The notes beneath the pieces were generated by a model. That model was not told the origin of the DNA. It did no database searches and saw nothing but the letters and a program-made list of their open reading frames with translations. Below, piece after piece: positions 47,120-57,293 of a stretch of 64,000 nt of DNA. Numbering within the stretch: the stretch's first letter is position 1; every line of letters begins with the position of its first letter. The DNA is taken from the NCBI GenBank assembly GCA_046593355.1, contig JBKJNY010000062.1, positions 29,267 to 93,266 of the forward strand, given 5' to 3'. The stretch comes from Pirellulaceae bacterium (GTDB taxonomy: Bacteria > Planctomycetota > Planctomycetia > Pirellulales > Pirellulaceae). The translations under genes were made by a program, and so were the position numbers.

Positions 47120-49837
47120 ATGTTTTACCCGAGATTCGCTGGACTGTTCGGAAGATCCTGGTCCCGCAAGCGCGCCCGCCCCGCGCTGGTCACGAAACGC
47201 TTCACCCGGCCGCTGGCGTTCCTTTGCCTGGAGGATCGCCGGTTGCTCGCAAGTATTCTGGGCACGGCGGAGAGTTTCGCGGTTCTGGGCGCCTCGACGG
47301 TGACCAACACCGGCCCGACCACCCTCACCGGAGATCTGGGTTTGTACGCGGGTACTTCGATCACGGGCCTTGCGAGCATCACGATCACAGGGACCGTACA
47401 CCAAACTGATGCGGTGGCGCAACAGGCGCAGGTTGATAACACCACTGCGTACCTTGGTCTGGCAGCCATGCCGTTCACCAGCAACTTGACTGGACAGGAT
47501 CTGGGTGGACTCACGCTCCCGTCGGGCGTCTATCGTTTTGACTCGTCGGCTCAGTTGACGGGAATCCTCCAGCTCGACGCCCAGGGCAACAACAATGCGT
47601 TCTGGGTTTTTCAGATCGGGAGCACGCTGACGACCGCCAGCGCCTCGTCTGTTGTGGTGATCAATGAGGGTTCGAATAACGGCACTGATAATGGCGTGTT
47701 CTGGCAGGTTGGCAGTTCCGCCACGCTCGGCACCAGCACGGCGTTCGAAGGGAATATTCTCGCGCTGGCGAGCGTCACCCTCAACACCACCGCCACAATT
47801 CTGTGCGGCAGAGCCTTAGCGCAAACGGGCGCGGTAACGATGGATACCAACGTCATCAGTAACGTCTGCCCGAACGGCGGCCCCGGCGACAGCGGTGGGC
47901 TGGAGTTTGATACGAATGGCAATGTCGTTCCCGTTAACCGGCTGGGGAGCATCGCCTGGGAAAAGCGGGCCACCGATGCCAATCCGGTCCTGCTGGCGGG
48001 AGCGACGTTTGAAATCAGCCCCAACCCGCTGACCGGCGTGGGTGCGCTGATCGTGGTCGATGGCGGCGCGAACGACGCCGACGGCCTGGCCAACGGCGTG
48101 CTGCAAGTCAACAACGTCCTGCTGGGCACGTACACGATTACCGAAACGGTGGCCCCGCCCGGCTTCGCCATCGACAACGACCCCACTCGTTTGGTCACGG
48201 TCAGTGTCGGCGACCTGAATGCCGTGATCGGCGTTCGAGGGGTGGATAACGCCGGCGACACCGACGAATCCGACTTCCACAACCGGCGTGTGATCGTCAT
48301 CGGGCCGGGCAAGAGTCCGAGGACGCCGCAATTCGTCCAGCTGATCGACGAGGAGAGCGGGGATGTATTATCGCAGTTCGCGCCTTACGGCACTACCTTC
48401 CAGGGAGGCGTTCGGGTCGCCACTGGCGATCTCAACGGCGATGGTGTCGTCGAAATCGTAACGGCTCCGGGGTGGAGCATTGTCGCGGAAGTTCGTGTGT
48501 TTACCCAGAATGGCGTACTGCTGACGTCGTTCCGACCGTACGGCTCAACGTTCGACGGCGGCGTCCAGGTGGCGGTCGGTGACGTCGACGGCGACGGGCT
48601 GAACGACATCATCACGGTCCCCAGCTACGGGCCTGCCGAGGTGAAGGTGTTCCGGAATGTGCTTGTCGGCGGGGTGCCCACGTTCGATGCGTCCCAGCCC
48701 TACAGGGATTTCCTCGCGTTCCCCTCGTCGTTTATCGGCGGCGCCGTGGTTGCCGCGGCCGACATGGGTAGCACCCCACTGGCCAGCGGATCGTTCGATA
48801 ACACGCAGCTGGACCAGCAGGCCGAAATCGTCGTCGGGAGCGGTGCCGGCATCACGACCACCGTGAAAGTGTTCGACGTGAGCGGCCTGATCACGCCCAC
48901 GCCTGGCGCGACTCCCGCGACCGCTGGGAGCTTCACTCCTTTCACCACCACTACCAGTTACCGAGGGGGAGTGTCCCTTAGTGTGGCGCGGATCAACGCC
49001 GATCTCATCCCGGACATCGTGGTGGGTGCCGGCGTCAACGGACAATCTCTGGTGGACGTTTGGGCCTGGGACAACACCGCTTCCGCCACATTGTCCAGCT
49101 TGTCGGCGAATGGCATTGGCTTTGCCGCGTTTACGGATGCGAGTCGAACCGCGCCGGTTCAGGTCGCGGCACTGGACACCGATGGTGACGAAATCGCGGA
49201 TGCAATTCTTGCCGTGCAGGGACCGGGCGGGACCACTGGCCAGATCCGCGTGTTCAACATTACCAGCGTCGCGCCGCTCCAGGTTTCGCCCGCCACGGCG
49301 GTCCCTGGCAGCTTTCTGGGCCCCTACTTCATCGCGACAATCCCTCAAGGGCTGACGCCTGGCGGCGTGCTCAACTTCACGACCACGTTCGGCGACGAAT
49401 CCGGTTTACCAGCCTCTGGCGAATCCGATCCGACGCTCGCGTCTCTCACGCTCTCCGGCGGCGATACCAACCTGGAGAACCCGCTGGATGCCAATGACGA
49501 CGGCCAGGTTTCTCCGGTGGATGCCTTGCTGGTGATCAACCGGCTCAACTCCAGCACACCCCCGCTGAGCGAGCCGCTCTATGGCCTTACACCCTTCGTT
49601 GATATCAACAACGATGGCGAAGTCTCGCCGGTGGACGCCCTGCTGATCATCAACTGGCTCAACAAACAGTCGGTGCCGTCCCCGCAGAATTCGCCCGCAG
49701 TTCACGCCGAGGGTGAAGCCTCCACTTCAGCCAGCGACGCCTACTTCAGCCAGGTCGGCAGCCTCGCGGTTGAACTGACTAGCGACTACCAAAGTAACCG
49801 CGGCGCGACAGGGAACCGCCGCTCTGCACGCAGGTAG
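47120..49837 (+). CDS. Large secreted multidomain protein: DUF3494/ice-binding-like + SpaA/Cna-B-like + FG-GAP/VCBS repeats + two dockerin-type repeats
   Basis: N-terminal LEDRRLLAS motif. [32 protein letters not shown] (DUF3494). [32 protein letters not shown] and [34 protein letters not shown] and [22 protein letters not shown] prefer ATG 47120 over GTG 46988. Confidence 0.8.
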   Translation: MFYPRFAGLFGRSWSRKRARPALVTKRFTRPLAFLCLEDRRLLASILGTAESFAVLGASTVTNTGPTTLTGDLGLYAGTSITGLASITITGTVHQTDAVAQQAQVDNTTAYLGLAAMPFTSNLTGQDLGGLTLPSGVYRFDSSAQLTGILQLDAQGNNNAFWVFQIGSTLTTASASSVVVINEGSNNGTDNGVFWQVGSSATLGTSTAFEGNILALASVTLNTTATILCGRALAQTGAVTMDTNVISNVCPNGGPGDSGGLEFDTNGNVVPVNRLGSIAWEKRATDANPVLLAGATFEISPNPLTGVGALIVVDGGANDADGLANGVLQVNNVLLGTYTITETVAPPGFAIDNDPTRLVTVSVGDLNAVIGVRGVDNAGDTDESDFHNRRVIVIGPGKSPRTPQFVQLIDEESGDVLSQFAPYGTTFQGGVRVATGDLNGDGVVEIVTAPGWSIVAEVRVFTQNGVLLTSFRPYGSTFDGGVQVAVGDVDGDGLNDIITVPSYGPAEVKVFRNVLVGGVPTFDASQPYRDFLAFPSSFIGGAVVAAADMGSTPLASGSFDNTQLDQQAEIVVGSGAGITTTVKVFDVSGLITPTPGATPATAGSFTPFTTTTSYRGGVSLSVARINADLIPDIVVGAGVNGQSLVDVWAWDNTASATLSSLSANGIGFAAFTDASRTAPVQVAALDTDGDEIADAILAVQGPGGTTGQIRVFNITSVAPLQVSPATAVPGSFLGPYFIATIPQGLTPGGVLNFTTTFGDESGLPASGESDPTLASLTLSGGDTNLENPLDANDDGQVSPVDALLVINRLNSSTPPLSEPLYGLTPFVDINNDGEVSPVDALLIINWLNKQSVPSPQNSPAVHAEGEASTSASDAYFSQVGSLAVELTSDYQSNRGATGNRRSARR

Positions 49838-49843
49838 TCTGCC

Positions 49844-51040
49844 TTACCAGCGTCCTTCCAGGCCGACGTTCACCCCATGCAGGAACATGCCTCCGCCACT
49901 GTGCAATTGGTTGCCGCTCGGTGCCGCCGCAAAGTTGAAATCGAGCTGATCCGGGGCGAGGGCCACACCCTCGATCCATAGGACGTTGTAACCGGCCCTT
50001 AGGTTCCAGACGTTCGTCAGGCTATAGAGAGCGGAGAGGTTTGCCCCGCCCACAAAAGAGACTCTGCCTCCGCTGCTCGATACGGTCGGCCGCAACGGGA
50101 AGTTGGGAAAGTCGGTCACCGATTGCGTCTGACTCGCATCGTTGCCGAAGATGCCGGCAAAGCCACCCGCCTCCCACCCCAACCGACCCGACGTGCGTCG
50201 CAACCTCGCCCCGAGCTGCGCGCCATACAGGTTGTTGGTGGTGCGAATGTTGTAAGTGCCTTCCTCGACCGCGCCGGCCACAGTTCGCTGGGCTGAAATG
50301 TTGAGTCTTTGGTTGAGGTTGAGGTAGCGAAAGCCGGCAAACCACTCAAAGGATCGGCAGCGGACGTCACCGCAGCAACATTCGTCGCAGCACCCACAGC
50401 AGCAGGGCAAATTCACCGCGAAACTATTCAACGCGGAAGAATAATCCACCTGAGCGCGGTCCATGTCCACAAATACATTGCCAGCCAGGTTATCTGGGAA
50501 AATAAGGAACGCATTGGGATCAGGACTTACGGCGACCGCGGACGCGTTTCCGCCATAGAGGCCGAAATAATCGAATTCCACCGCCCGGCCGCCGCACAGG
50601 CGCATGCCAACTGTTGCCTGCAAACCGGGATTGAAGTTGGAATTGAGGTCCGAGGTGGACAGGAATGTCGTGTTCGTGTTGGGGTCGACGACGATCGGCT
50701 GGTTAGAGAATCGGGGTACCTGCTGCATGAACAAGGCCCCAACCTGGACATAGACACAAGGACATGGATCCCCACAGAAGGGACGGTAACATCCGTCGAT
50801 ACCACCATCCTGCGACTCCAACATCGACGGTGCCGTATATCGCTGCTGGTCGGGGCCTGAAGCCGTTGGGTTCTGTCCTGGTGCGTCTGACAGGAACACG
50901 AGGTGCCGGGGCGGATCAGCCTGGCGATTACTCGCCTCCGAGGGGGGCTCCACACCTTGTGCCATCGCTAGCGTACAGCTTTTCGAGGCGAGGACGACCA
51001 ACAAGACTCCGACTGCTAATCTCTTGGTATTCATGCTCAT
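49844..51040 (-). CDS. Outer-membrane beta-barrel protein (BBP7-like) with a cysteine cluster
   Basis: Signal peptide MNTKRLAVGVLLVVLASKSCTLAMAQ. Alternating amphipathic strands. C-terminal ...GLEGRW. Family name is from memory. Start is 51040 or 51034. Confidence 0.6.
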   Translation of the reverse strand: MSMNTKRLAVGVLLVVLASKSCTLAMAQGVEPPSEASNRQADPPRHLVFLSDAPGQNPTASGPDQQRYTAPSMLESQDGGIDGCYRPFCGDPCPCVYVQVGALFMQQVPRFSNQPIVVDPNTNTTFLSTSDLNSNFNPGLQATVGMRLCGGRAVEFDYFGLYGGNASAVAVSPDPNAFLIFPDNLAGNVFVDMDRAQVDYSSALNSFAVNLPCCCGCCDECCCGDVRCRSFEWFAGFRYLNLNQRLNISAQRTVAGAVEEGTYNIRTTNNLYGAQLGARLRRTSGRLGWEAGGFAGIFGNDASQTQSVTDFPNFPLRPTVSSSGGRVSFVGGANLSALYSLTNVWNLRAGYNVLWIEGVALAPDQLDFNFAAAPSGNQLHSGGGMFLHGVNVGLEGRW

Positions 51041-51321
51041 AAGCTCCGGTTTGCGGGGGGCGATAGCATCCCCGTCATTAGTCCACAACAGCGAATAGTC
51101 GGCACGGCCCCCCCGAAACGACGGGCGCGGACGCGCTGTTCCCTGTTGTCGCTACTTTCCTTAGTATTGGGTCGGACCCGCCCGCACGGAAGAATCACGA
51201 ATTTGCGACTCTTCGGCACAGTCGGAATAACCGTCAAAAGCGTTACAAGCCGCACGCGCAGGGTCGATGTGGCAATTCTGATTGGCGCGATCTGCGGCTA
51301 ATTAATCTCAGCTCTGGGCGC

Positions 51322-52779
51322 CTACGCAATCAGTTCCGGCACCACCTTGCCGTGGACGTCGGTCAGGCGGAAGTCGCGGCCGGCGTAGCGGTAGGTGAGG
51401 CGGGTGTGGTCGAAGCCGAGGAGCTGGAGCATGGTGGCGTGCAGGTCGTGGACGTGGACCGGCTGGTCGACGGCGGCGAAGCCGAATTCGTCGGTGGCCC
51501 CGTGGATGATCCCCCCTTTCACTCCGCCGCCGGCGAGCCAGCAAGTGAAGCCGTAGTGGTTGTGGTCGCGGCCGCTGAGGGCGGGGAGCTCGGCGACGGG
51601 GGTGCGGCCGAATTCGCCCCCCCAGAGGACGAGCGTTTCGCCCAGCAGGCCGCGCTGCTTGAGGTCGGTGAGAAAGGCGGCGATGGGGCCGTCCCAGCCT
51701 TCGGCCAGCTTTTTGTGGTTGGCTTCCAGGCCGTCGTGGTTGTCCCAGGGCTGCCCCGCCCCGCTCCAGACCTGGATGAACCGCACGCCCCGCTCGATGA
51801 GCCGACGGGTGATGAGGAGCTCGCGGCCGTGGAGGGTGTCGCCATAGGCGGCGAGCGTGGCCTGCGTCTCGCGGGAGATGTCGAAAGCTTCGGCTGCTTC
51901 GGTTTGCATCCGGAAGGCGAGCTCGAAGGACTCGATGCGGGCTTCGAGGAGCGGGGCTCGCTGTCGTTCCTGGGCGTGTTTTTCGTTGAGGGCTCGGACC
52001 AGGTCGAGCTGCTTCCGCTGGTCGGCCAAGGGGATGCCAGCATTTTTGATGTTGGCGATGAGCTTGTCCAGCTCCTTGTGCTGCGTGTCGAGGTACGTCC
52101 CCTGGTAGGCCCCCGGCAGGAACGCACTCCGCCAGTTCTGCGTGCTGACAATCGGATAGCCGCCCGAGCACATCACGAGAAAGCCGGGCAGGTTCTGGTT
52201 CTCCGTCCCCAGGCCATAGGTGGCCCAGGCTCCGAAGCTGGGGCGCGGCAGGCGGGCATCGCCGCAGTTCATCAGCATCAGCGATGGCTCGTGGTTGGGT
52301 ACGTCCGCCTGCATCGAGCGAATGATGGCCATGTCGTCGATGTGGGCGGCTGTTTTGGCGAACAGCTCGCTGACCTCGATGCCGCTCGCCCCGTACTTCT
52401 GGAACTTGAACGGCGAACGCATGGCGTGGCCCGTTTTGCGTTCGGTGCGAAGGTTCTCTCCCGGCAACTTCTGGCCGTGATACTTGTCGAGAGCCGGCTT
52501 GGGGTCAAAGGTATCGACCTGCGACGGCCCGCCGTTCATGAACAGGTGGACGACGTGTTTGGCCTTGGCCGCGAAGTGCGGCTGCTTGGGGGCGAGCGGG
52601 CTGACGGCGGTGAGGTTCTTGTCTTCCGCCACTAACAAGCCGGAGTCGGAAAGGAGAGTCGTGAGGCCGAGCATCCCCAGGCCGGTGCCGCAGCGGGTGA
52701 GCAGGTCGCGGCGGGAAAGGAGGGGCTGAGATTGCAGATTGCTGATTTCAGATTGCAGATTGGAGGAGTTGGAACTCAT
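51322..52779 (-). CDS. DUF1501 domain protein, Tat-type signal; paralog 5
   Basis: LSRRDLLTRCG, GGEFGRTP and GRDHNH motifs. The first ~17 codons (MSSNSSNLQSEISNLQSQ) are encoded by the heptamer array. Confidence 0.9.
   Translation of the reverse strand: MSSNSSNLQSEISNLQSQPLLSRRDLLTRCGTGLGMLGLTTLLSDSGLLVAEDKNLTAVSPLAPKQPHFAAKAKHVVHLFMNGGPSQVDTFDPKPALDKYHGQKLPGENLRTERKTGHAMRSPFKFQKYGASGIEVSELFAKTAAHIDDMAIIRSMQADVPNHEPSLMLMNCGDARLPRPSFGAWATYGLGTENQNLPGFLVMCSGGYPIVSTQNWRSAFLPGAYQGTYLDTQHKELDKLIANIKNAGIPLADQRKQLDLVRALNEKHAQERQRAPLLEARIESFELAFRMQTEAAEAFDISRETQATLAAYGDTLHGRELLITRRLIERGVRFIQVWSGAGQPWDNHDGLEANHKKLAEGWDGPIAAFLTDLKQRGLLGETLVLWGGEFGRTPVAELPALSGRDHNHYGFTCWLAGGGVKGGIIHGATDEFGFAAVDQPVHVHDLHATMLQLLGFDHTRLTYRYAGRDFRLTDVHGKVVPELIA
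52728..52763. repeat. Heptamer array (CAGATTG-type), family D
   Basis: GAGATTGCAGATTGCTGATTTCAGATTGCAGATTGG, lying inside the 5' end of the DUF1501 paralog-5 ORF. Confidence 0.8.
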
Positions 52780-52805
52780 GCGTGGCGGGGAAAATTGGTG
52801 GGCAG

Positions 52806-53861
52806 TTATTCCAGCGGGATTATTTCGAGCGCCTTCTCTGTCACTTTACACGAAAGGCCCAGCGGTGTGAGGGTTTTGGCGAGCAGCTCTTCGAGCGTGA
52901 CATCCTTGACGGTGAAGCTGACGTCCTCGCGCAACTTGTCTCGCAGCGAAGGGTCATATTTGAATTCCTTGCCCAGTTGTTTGGCGACTGTGCTCAATAC
53001 CGCGCCTGCCGGTTGCTTTTGCACGGTCATGGAGAAGACCTTTTTGATTGGCCCTTTGGTGACGGTCTTCGTCGTGCCAGCTTGGGGCGCGTGGTCAATG
53101 TCACGCTCCTGTCCGCTCGCCGCCACTTTGTCTGGGGGTAACTGCGTGACGCGAATCTGGCTGCCGTCTTCCGAGACTCGAAAGGTCCGATCGAATCCCG
53201 CCAGCACCAGGCTGAGGCGCTCGGCCAGTGTCATGGCGGGCAAATCGTAGGCGGGCCAGACATCGTGCGGAATCTGCTCCAAGTTTTCGACCTCCGCGCC
53301 GGCTTCCTGAGCGAGCGCTGCGGCAATGTCTCGCGGCGAGGCGGCTTCGTCCCACTGCAACTCCTTGGACTTGTTCCACAGAGTTCGCGCCAGTGGCGGC
53401 AGCTTGCGGAGATCCAACTTCCGCTGGGCGATCACGCCGGTCAGCCGGCTGGCGGTGGATTTGGGGCCGATGTAATGCACTTTGCCGACGGTGCATGTTC
53501 CCAGCTTGAGCTTTTGGGCAGCGAGCGACAGCACTCCCTCCACAGGCAAGTCTTGGGCGGAGAGATCCATTCGCTGATCGGGATCCACGCGCCGGTCCAG
53601 AAAAATGGGGACATTGTACTTTTTGCCAAATTCCGTCAGCCGCTGGCGGAGCGGGACATCGCCCCACTCCAGCGTCACCAGAATTCGCCCTTCTTTCCCA
53701 GCTTTACGGGACTCTTGCGCAACTGCCTCGCCCAACAGGACAAAACAAATCCAGGCGCTAAAAAAAGTGAACGCCGTCACGACCCGCAGCCTCCATCGGC
53801 ACGTAGTCCAATCGTTCGCCATTTGCCTGGTCATCTCCATGCTGCGGATTCCTGCTGACAC
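52806..53861 (-). CDS. Hypothetical membrane-anchored protein with STN-like repeats
   Basis: TM segment VVTAFTFFSAWICFVLLG. Three to four short modules resemble secretin/TonB N-terminal (STN) units, e.g. VSFTVKDVTLEELLAKTLTPLGLSCKV. Start is uncertain. Confidence 0.55.
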   Translation of the reverse strand: MSAGIRSMEMTRQMANDWTTCRWRLRVVTAFTFFSAWICFVLLGEAVAQESRKAGKEGRILVTLEWGDVPLRQRLTEFGKKYNVPIFLDRRVDPDQRMDLSAQDLPVEGVLSLAAQKLKLGTCTVGKVHYIGPKSTASRLTGVIAQRKLDLRKLPPLARTLWNKSKELQWDEAASPRDIAAALAQEAGAEVENLEQIPHDVWPAYDLPAMTLAERLSLVLAGFDRTFRVSEDGSQIRVTQLPPDKVAASGQERDIDHAPQAGTTKTVTKGPIKKVFSMTVQKQPAGAVLSTVAKQLGKEFKYDPSLRDKLREDVSFTVKDVTLEELLAKTLTPLGLSCKVTEKALEIIPLE

Positions 53862-54022
53862 CCCTTCTCATTCTTGACGAAGCGGCTGCCGGTGGGAAGT
53901 TAATTCGGCCGTTTCGCGGTACAAAAGTTGAGAAGCAGTGGCACGATGATTAGACTGGGACTTGCCATGCGGTTCGTTTCATTCTATTCGCGGCCGGCTC
54001 CCTCCTTCTGTTCGAGGTTTGC

Positions 54023-54685
54023 TTGAAATCCGAGGAAGCATCGCGGCCGGCCCTGGAAGCACATTACCACCGCTTCCTGGAAAGCGAGAACTCAGCGGCT
54101 TTCGTCCGCTCCGTGGCCCAGCAGTACACGCTCTCCACGCTGTGCCGCCTGGCCGACTATGGCGAGTGCATTTCGCGACGGGCCGCCGTGCTGGCGATCA
54201 GCTTTTTGGGGGATTACCGCCAGAACGCCGCCCTGGGAGCCGCCCTGGGAGACCGGGACCGCGGCGTGCGGATGCTGGCCGATAACGGTATCCGGGAACT
54301 CTGGCGGCGGCAGGGGAGTATCGCCGAACAGAAGCAACTCGCGCTCTTGTCCCGGCTGAATTCGTCCGGCCTCTATGCCGAATGCCTGACCGCGGCCGGT
54401 GAGTTCATCGAAGCGTCTCCGTGGATTGGCGAAGGCTGGAACCAGCGGGCTATCTCCCACTTTGCCCTGGAGCACTTCGTCGACGCCGCCAACGACTGCC
54501 ATCAGACGCTGGAGCTCAACGCCTATCATTTTGGCGCGGCCGTTGGCATGGGGCACTGCTATCTGGAAATGGACGAACCCTTTGCCGCTCTCGAATGCTT
54601 CCGCCGAGCCCTCAACCTCAACCCCGACCTGGAAGAGGTCCGAGTCCAGGTTGACTACATCCAGCGACAGTTGGAAGGGAAGTAG
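54023..54685 (+). CDS. HEAT-like + TPR repeat protein
   Basis: TPR units (NQRAISHFALEHFVDAANDCHQTLELN; AAVGMGHCYLEMDEPFAALECFRRALNLNP). TTG start as listed in the track; no ATG alternative. Confidence 0.6.
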   Translation: MKSEEASRPALEAHYHRFLESENSAAFVRSVAQQYTLSTLCRLADYGECISRRAAVLAISFLGDYRQNAALGAALGDRDRGVRMLADNGIRELWRRQGSIAEQKQLALLSRLNSSGLYAECLTAAGEFIEASPWIGEGWNQRAISHFALEHFVDAANDCHQTLELNAYHFGAAVGMGHCYLEMDEPFAALECFRRALNLNPDLEEVRVQVDYIQRQLEGK

Positions 54686-54713
54686 TTTGTAGTAACCCGC
54701 TTCAGCGGGTTAG
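54686..54713. repeat. Repeat family B, half copy
   Basis: TTTGTAGTAACCCGCTTCAGCGGGTTAG, directly after the stop at 54683-54685. Confidence 0.8.
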
Positions 54714-54773
54714 ACGTTCCAGTTTTCATGTGGCAACCTGCTTCTGCGATTCGCCTGTTATGCTAGGAGGAAG

Positions 54774-56207
54774 TTGCGGACGCCTCATCATTGCCGGTCC
54801 ACGCATCGCCAAATGCCGGAAAATATCAGGAACGCCCACGCCACGGATTTTCGCTTCACGATTCGCGGCCTGATGGTCCTCGTCGTTTTTGCGGCGCTGG
54901 GTTCCATGCTGGTGCGGTATGACCTGTCACGTTGGCACGATGGGTTACTCGTGGTCGTGGTGGGCTGGTTCCTAGTCGGCGTTGGCAATCAGCTTTGCGA
55001 TCTCTTGAGAGCAAGTGGTCGCGCCGAGAATTCGAGCTGGAATGTCCGGGGAACCATTGTGATCGAGTTCCTCCGCCGGGTCCTATTGTCAGTGGTTCTC
55101 CTGGGATATCTGACCTGGCTCGTGCTCCGTTCTCCTGCCGTTCTTACTGATGAGATGACTCGCAGACTACTGGCGTTGACCCAGTTGGAATCCAGGGCGT
55201 TCTGGCCTGTATGGGAGATGCCGGAAACCCTGTTTCTGCTGGCGCTCATGTCCGGAATGCTGCTCCGCGCCCCGCCGCGCGAAATTATCCGCGGCCGCCC
55301 CGCACGAATTCTGCGGGACGTCATCCTCGGGGTCGGCAGCGGCGTGTGGCTATTCTATCTCTATCGCGACCGGCTCTTCATTCATGAGCTTGTGCAGCGC
55401 AACATTCGCATTGTGCTGTCCAGGCTTCGGTTTATTGATGTGTCCGGCGATGCACACGACGTGTGGGTGCGAGACTGCGCTCAGTCCGCAATCACCGCCG
55501 CCGTGGCTGTAGTGCTGGCGGTAGTGTTCACCAAGATCCTGGTTCGCCGTTGGAACGGCGGCCGGTCCAGGGAGCTGCTCTGGATTCTGCCGCTAGGTTT
55601 GTCACTGGCGGTGGCGGGCTGGGAAGTAAGTTGGGCGGCATCCACCGGCCTGCCGAACGTCGAACCCTATTGGTTCTATTATGGAGAAGATGTATCTTTG
55701 CCGGCAGCGGTCAATTTAATCACGGGGGGAATCGTTCTCTTGTTGTTTGTTACGGAGACTACGCTACGGCTGGGTCAAGTTCAGGATTCTAGTGCAGACC
55801 AGATAATTCAGTGGCGGTTGCGACCACGTTCCTATACCCACGAGCGGCAAGCGACGCTGGTCTTGCTGGCGGTGACTGTCGCCGGGTGGCTCATCACCGA
55901 AATCTATTGGCGAGGCGTGGAAAACGAATTGGTAGAGCTCCGACCGACGGTCTGGCGGACATTGCAGGCAAGCCTGCCGAGGCTGATGGCCGACTCGGCA
56001 ACGGTCCTGAAAGTGGCGTGCGTGCTCTTGGCCATGCACATTTTGTGGTGGCAACGAAACTCATCACGGCCCCCTGCCGATGCTCCTTCGGCCCCAATTC
56101 TGCTGCCGAAGTTCTTCGTCGTATGGCCCTCAATCCTTGCCACAACGGTCCTGTCCATTGCGGCGCTGCTATGGCTGTACTACACAGTTTGCCTGATGCC
56201 GCGGTGA
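54774..56207 (+). CDS. Hypothetical polytopic membrane protein
   Basis: About 10 hydrophobic segments. AGGAGG lies just upstream of TTG 54774; ATG 54813 is an alternative start. No family recognised. Confidence 0.6.
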   Translation: MRTPHHCRSTHRQMPENIRNAHATDFRFTIRGLMVLVVFAALGSMLVRYDLSRWHDGLLVVVVGWFLVGVGNQLCDLLRASGRAENSSWNVRGTIVIEFLRRVLLSVVLLGYLTWLVLRSPAVLTDEMTRRLLALTQLESRAFWPVWEMPETLFLLALMSGMLLRAPPREIIRGRPARILRDVILGVGSGVWLFYLYRDRLFIHELVQRNIRIVLSRLRFIDVSGDAHDVWVRDCAQSAITAAVAVVLAVVFTKILVRRWNGGRSRELLWILPLGLSLAVAGWEVSWAASTGLPNVEPYWFYYGEDVSLPAAVNLITGGIVLLLFVTETTLRLGQVQDSSADQIIQWRLRPRSYTHERQATLVLLAVTVAGWLITEIYWRGVENELVELRPTVWRTLQASLPRLMADSATVLKVACVLLAMHILWWQRNSSRPPADAPSAPILLPKFFVVWPSILATTVLSIAALLWLYYTVCLMPR

Positions 56208-56213
56208 TGGCGA

Positions 56214-57146
56214 TTACGGCTTGAAGTGGTCCGCCATTTTGCGTTCCAAATTTGGCACCCGCCGGCGCAATCGGGCGGAGAGCTTTTCGGTTTCTCCGCC
56301 GGACTGAGCGTCCTGCAGATAGCTAATCAGCTCGGCGTGGGCTTCGCGAGGGCCGTGGATCATGAAGTGGACCCAGGCCCAGGCGTCGCGATATTCGTCG
56401 CGGCCCATGGCTTTGAGGTCGCTGATTTCTTCCAGTGCCTCCAGACGCGGCGAAGAGCCTTGCCGGAGCAGTGCCCGGATGGTGGCGAGGTGCGGGTTTT
56501 CGGAAGCCCGTTTGTCTCGGGGGACTTCGAAGTATTCGGCAATTCCTTCGTCGAGCCAGAGGGGCACGGTTTCGAACGAGGCGTGCAGCAAGGCGTGGGT
56601 GCTTTCGTGCCGCACGTCGATTTCGAAGTCGGTTCCTTGATGAGCAAAGACCATTCCCGGCCCGCGCCCTTTGATATAGAGAGCCCGCCGCGCGGGGACT
56701 CGCGGAAAGTACCGCTTCATGTAAGTCTCGTAAGTCTCCGGCTTTTCGAAGAGAAACAGGTGCATGGTCTCGCGCGGCTCCTGCGTTCCTAAGATGGTGG
56801 CGACGTCCTGCTGCAAGGATTCAATCTCGGCGAGCAGCTTCTTGTGCGCGTCGAGCGAGAAATCCGCGTGGCAGAGGAAGGGACCAGCGGTTCGTTCGGT
56901 CGGCCACTTTTCGGCAGCCAGCGTACGCGAGCGTGCTTCGCCCACCGCCAGCGCGCAGAGCACTGCCAGGCCGAGCATCAGTCGGGCTCGTTTGCCAGCT
57001 CGCTGCAATGTCCGCTCCCGCTTGCCTGGCTGATGTCTGAAACTTCGGCGGGTAGTGCCGAAAGGGTGGGACTGTAGGCGGAGAAGGGGCGGCAGGTCAA
57101 GAGAAGCAGCGCAAGGCTGGTAAGGGGCGGCGATGGGGCGTAGCAC
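56214..57146 (-). CDS. Putative HExxH metalloprotease-like protein (DUF1570-like)
   Basis: VRHESTHALLH motif. Hydrophobic MLGLAVLCALAVG. Family name is from memory. Start is uncertain (57146 to 56978). Confidence 0.55.
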   Translation of the reverse strand: MLRPIAAPYQPCAASLDLPPLLRLQSHPFGTTRRSFRHQPGKRERTLQRAGKRARLMLGLAVLCALAVGEARSRTLAAEKWPTERTAGPFLCHADFSLDAHKKLLAEIESLQQDVATILGTQEPRETMHLFLFEKPETYETYMKRYFPRVPARRALYIKGRGPGMVFAHQGTDFEIDVRHESTHALLHASFETVPLWLDEGIAEYFEVPRDKRASENPHLATIRALLRQGSSPRLEALEEISDLKAMGRDEYRDAWAWVHFMIHGPREAHAELISYLQDAQSGGETEKLSARLRRRVPNLERKMADHFKP

Positions 57147-57244
57147 TCCAATTGACCCCTTTCCGTAATCTCGGTATCGTTCAGTACCGGGGTCGAATTG
57201 CCACCCTCTGCCTGTTTTTTTGGGTCAGCCGTCTGCCTCGCGGC

Positions 57245-57272
57245 ATGTCCGCTCACGGAGTGAGCGGACTAC
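57245..57272. repeat. Repeat family C, half copy, in reverse orientation on the + strand
   Basis: ATGTCCGCTCACGGAGTGAGCGGACTAC, 21 nt upstream of the + strand start at 57294. Confidence 0.8.
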
Positions 57273-57293
57273 TTTTCCGACTCTTGCGAAGGC

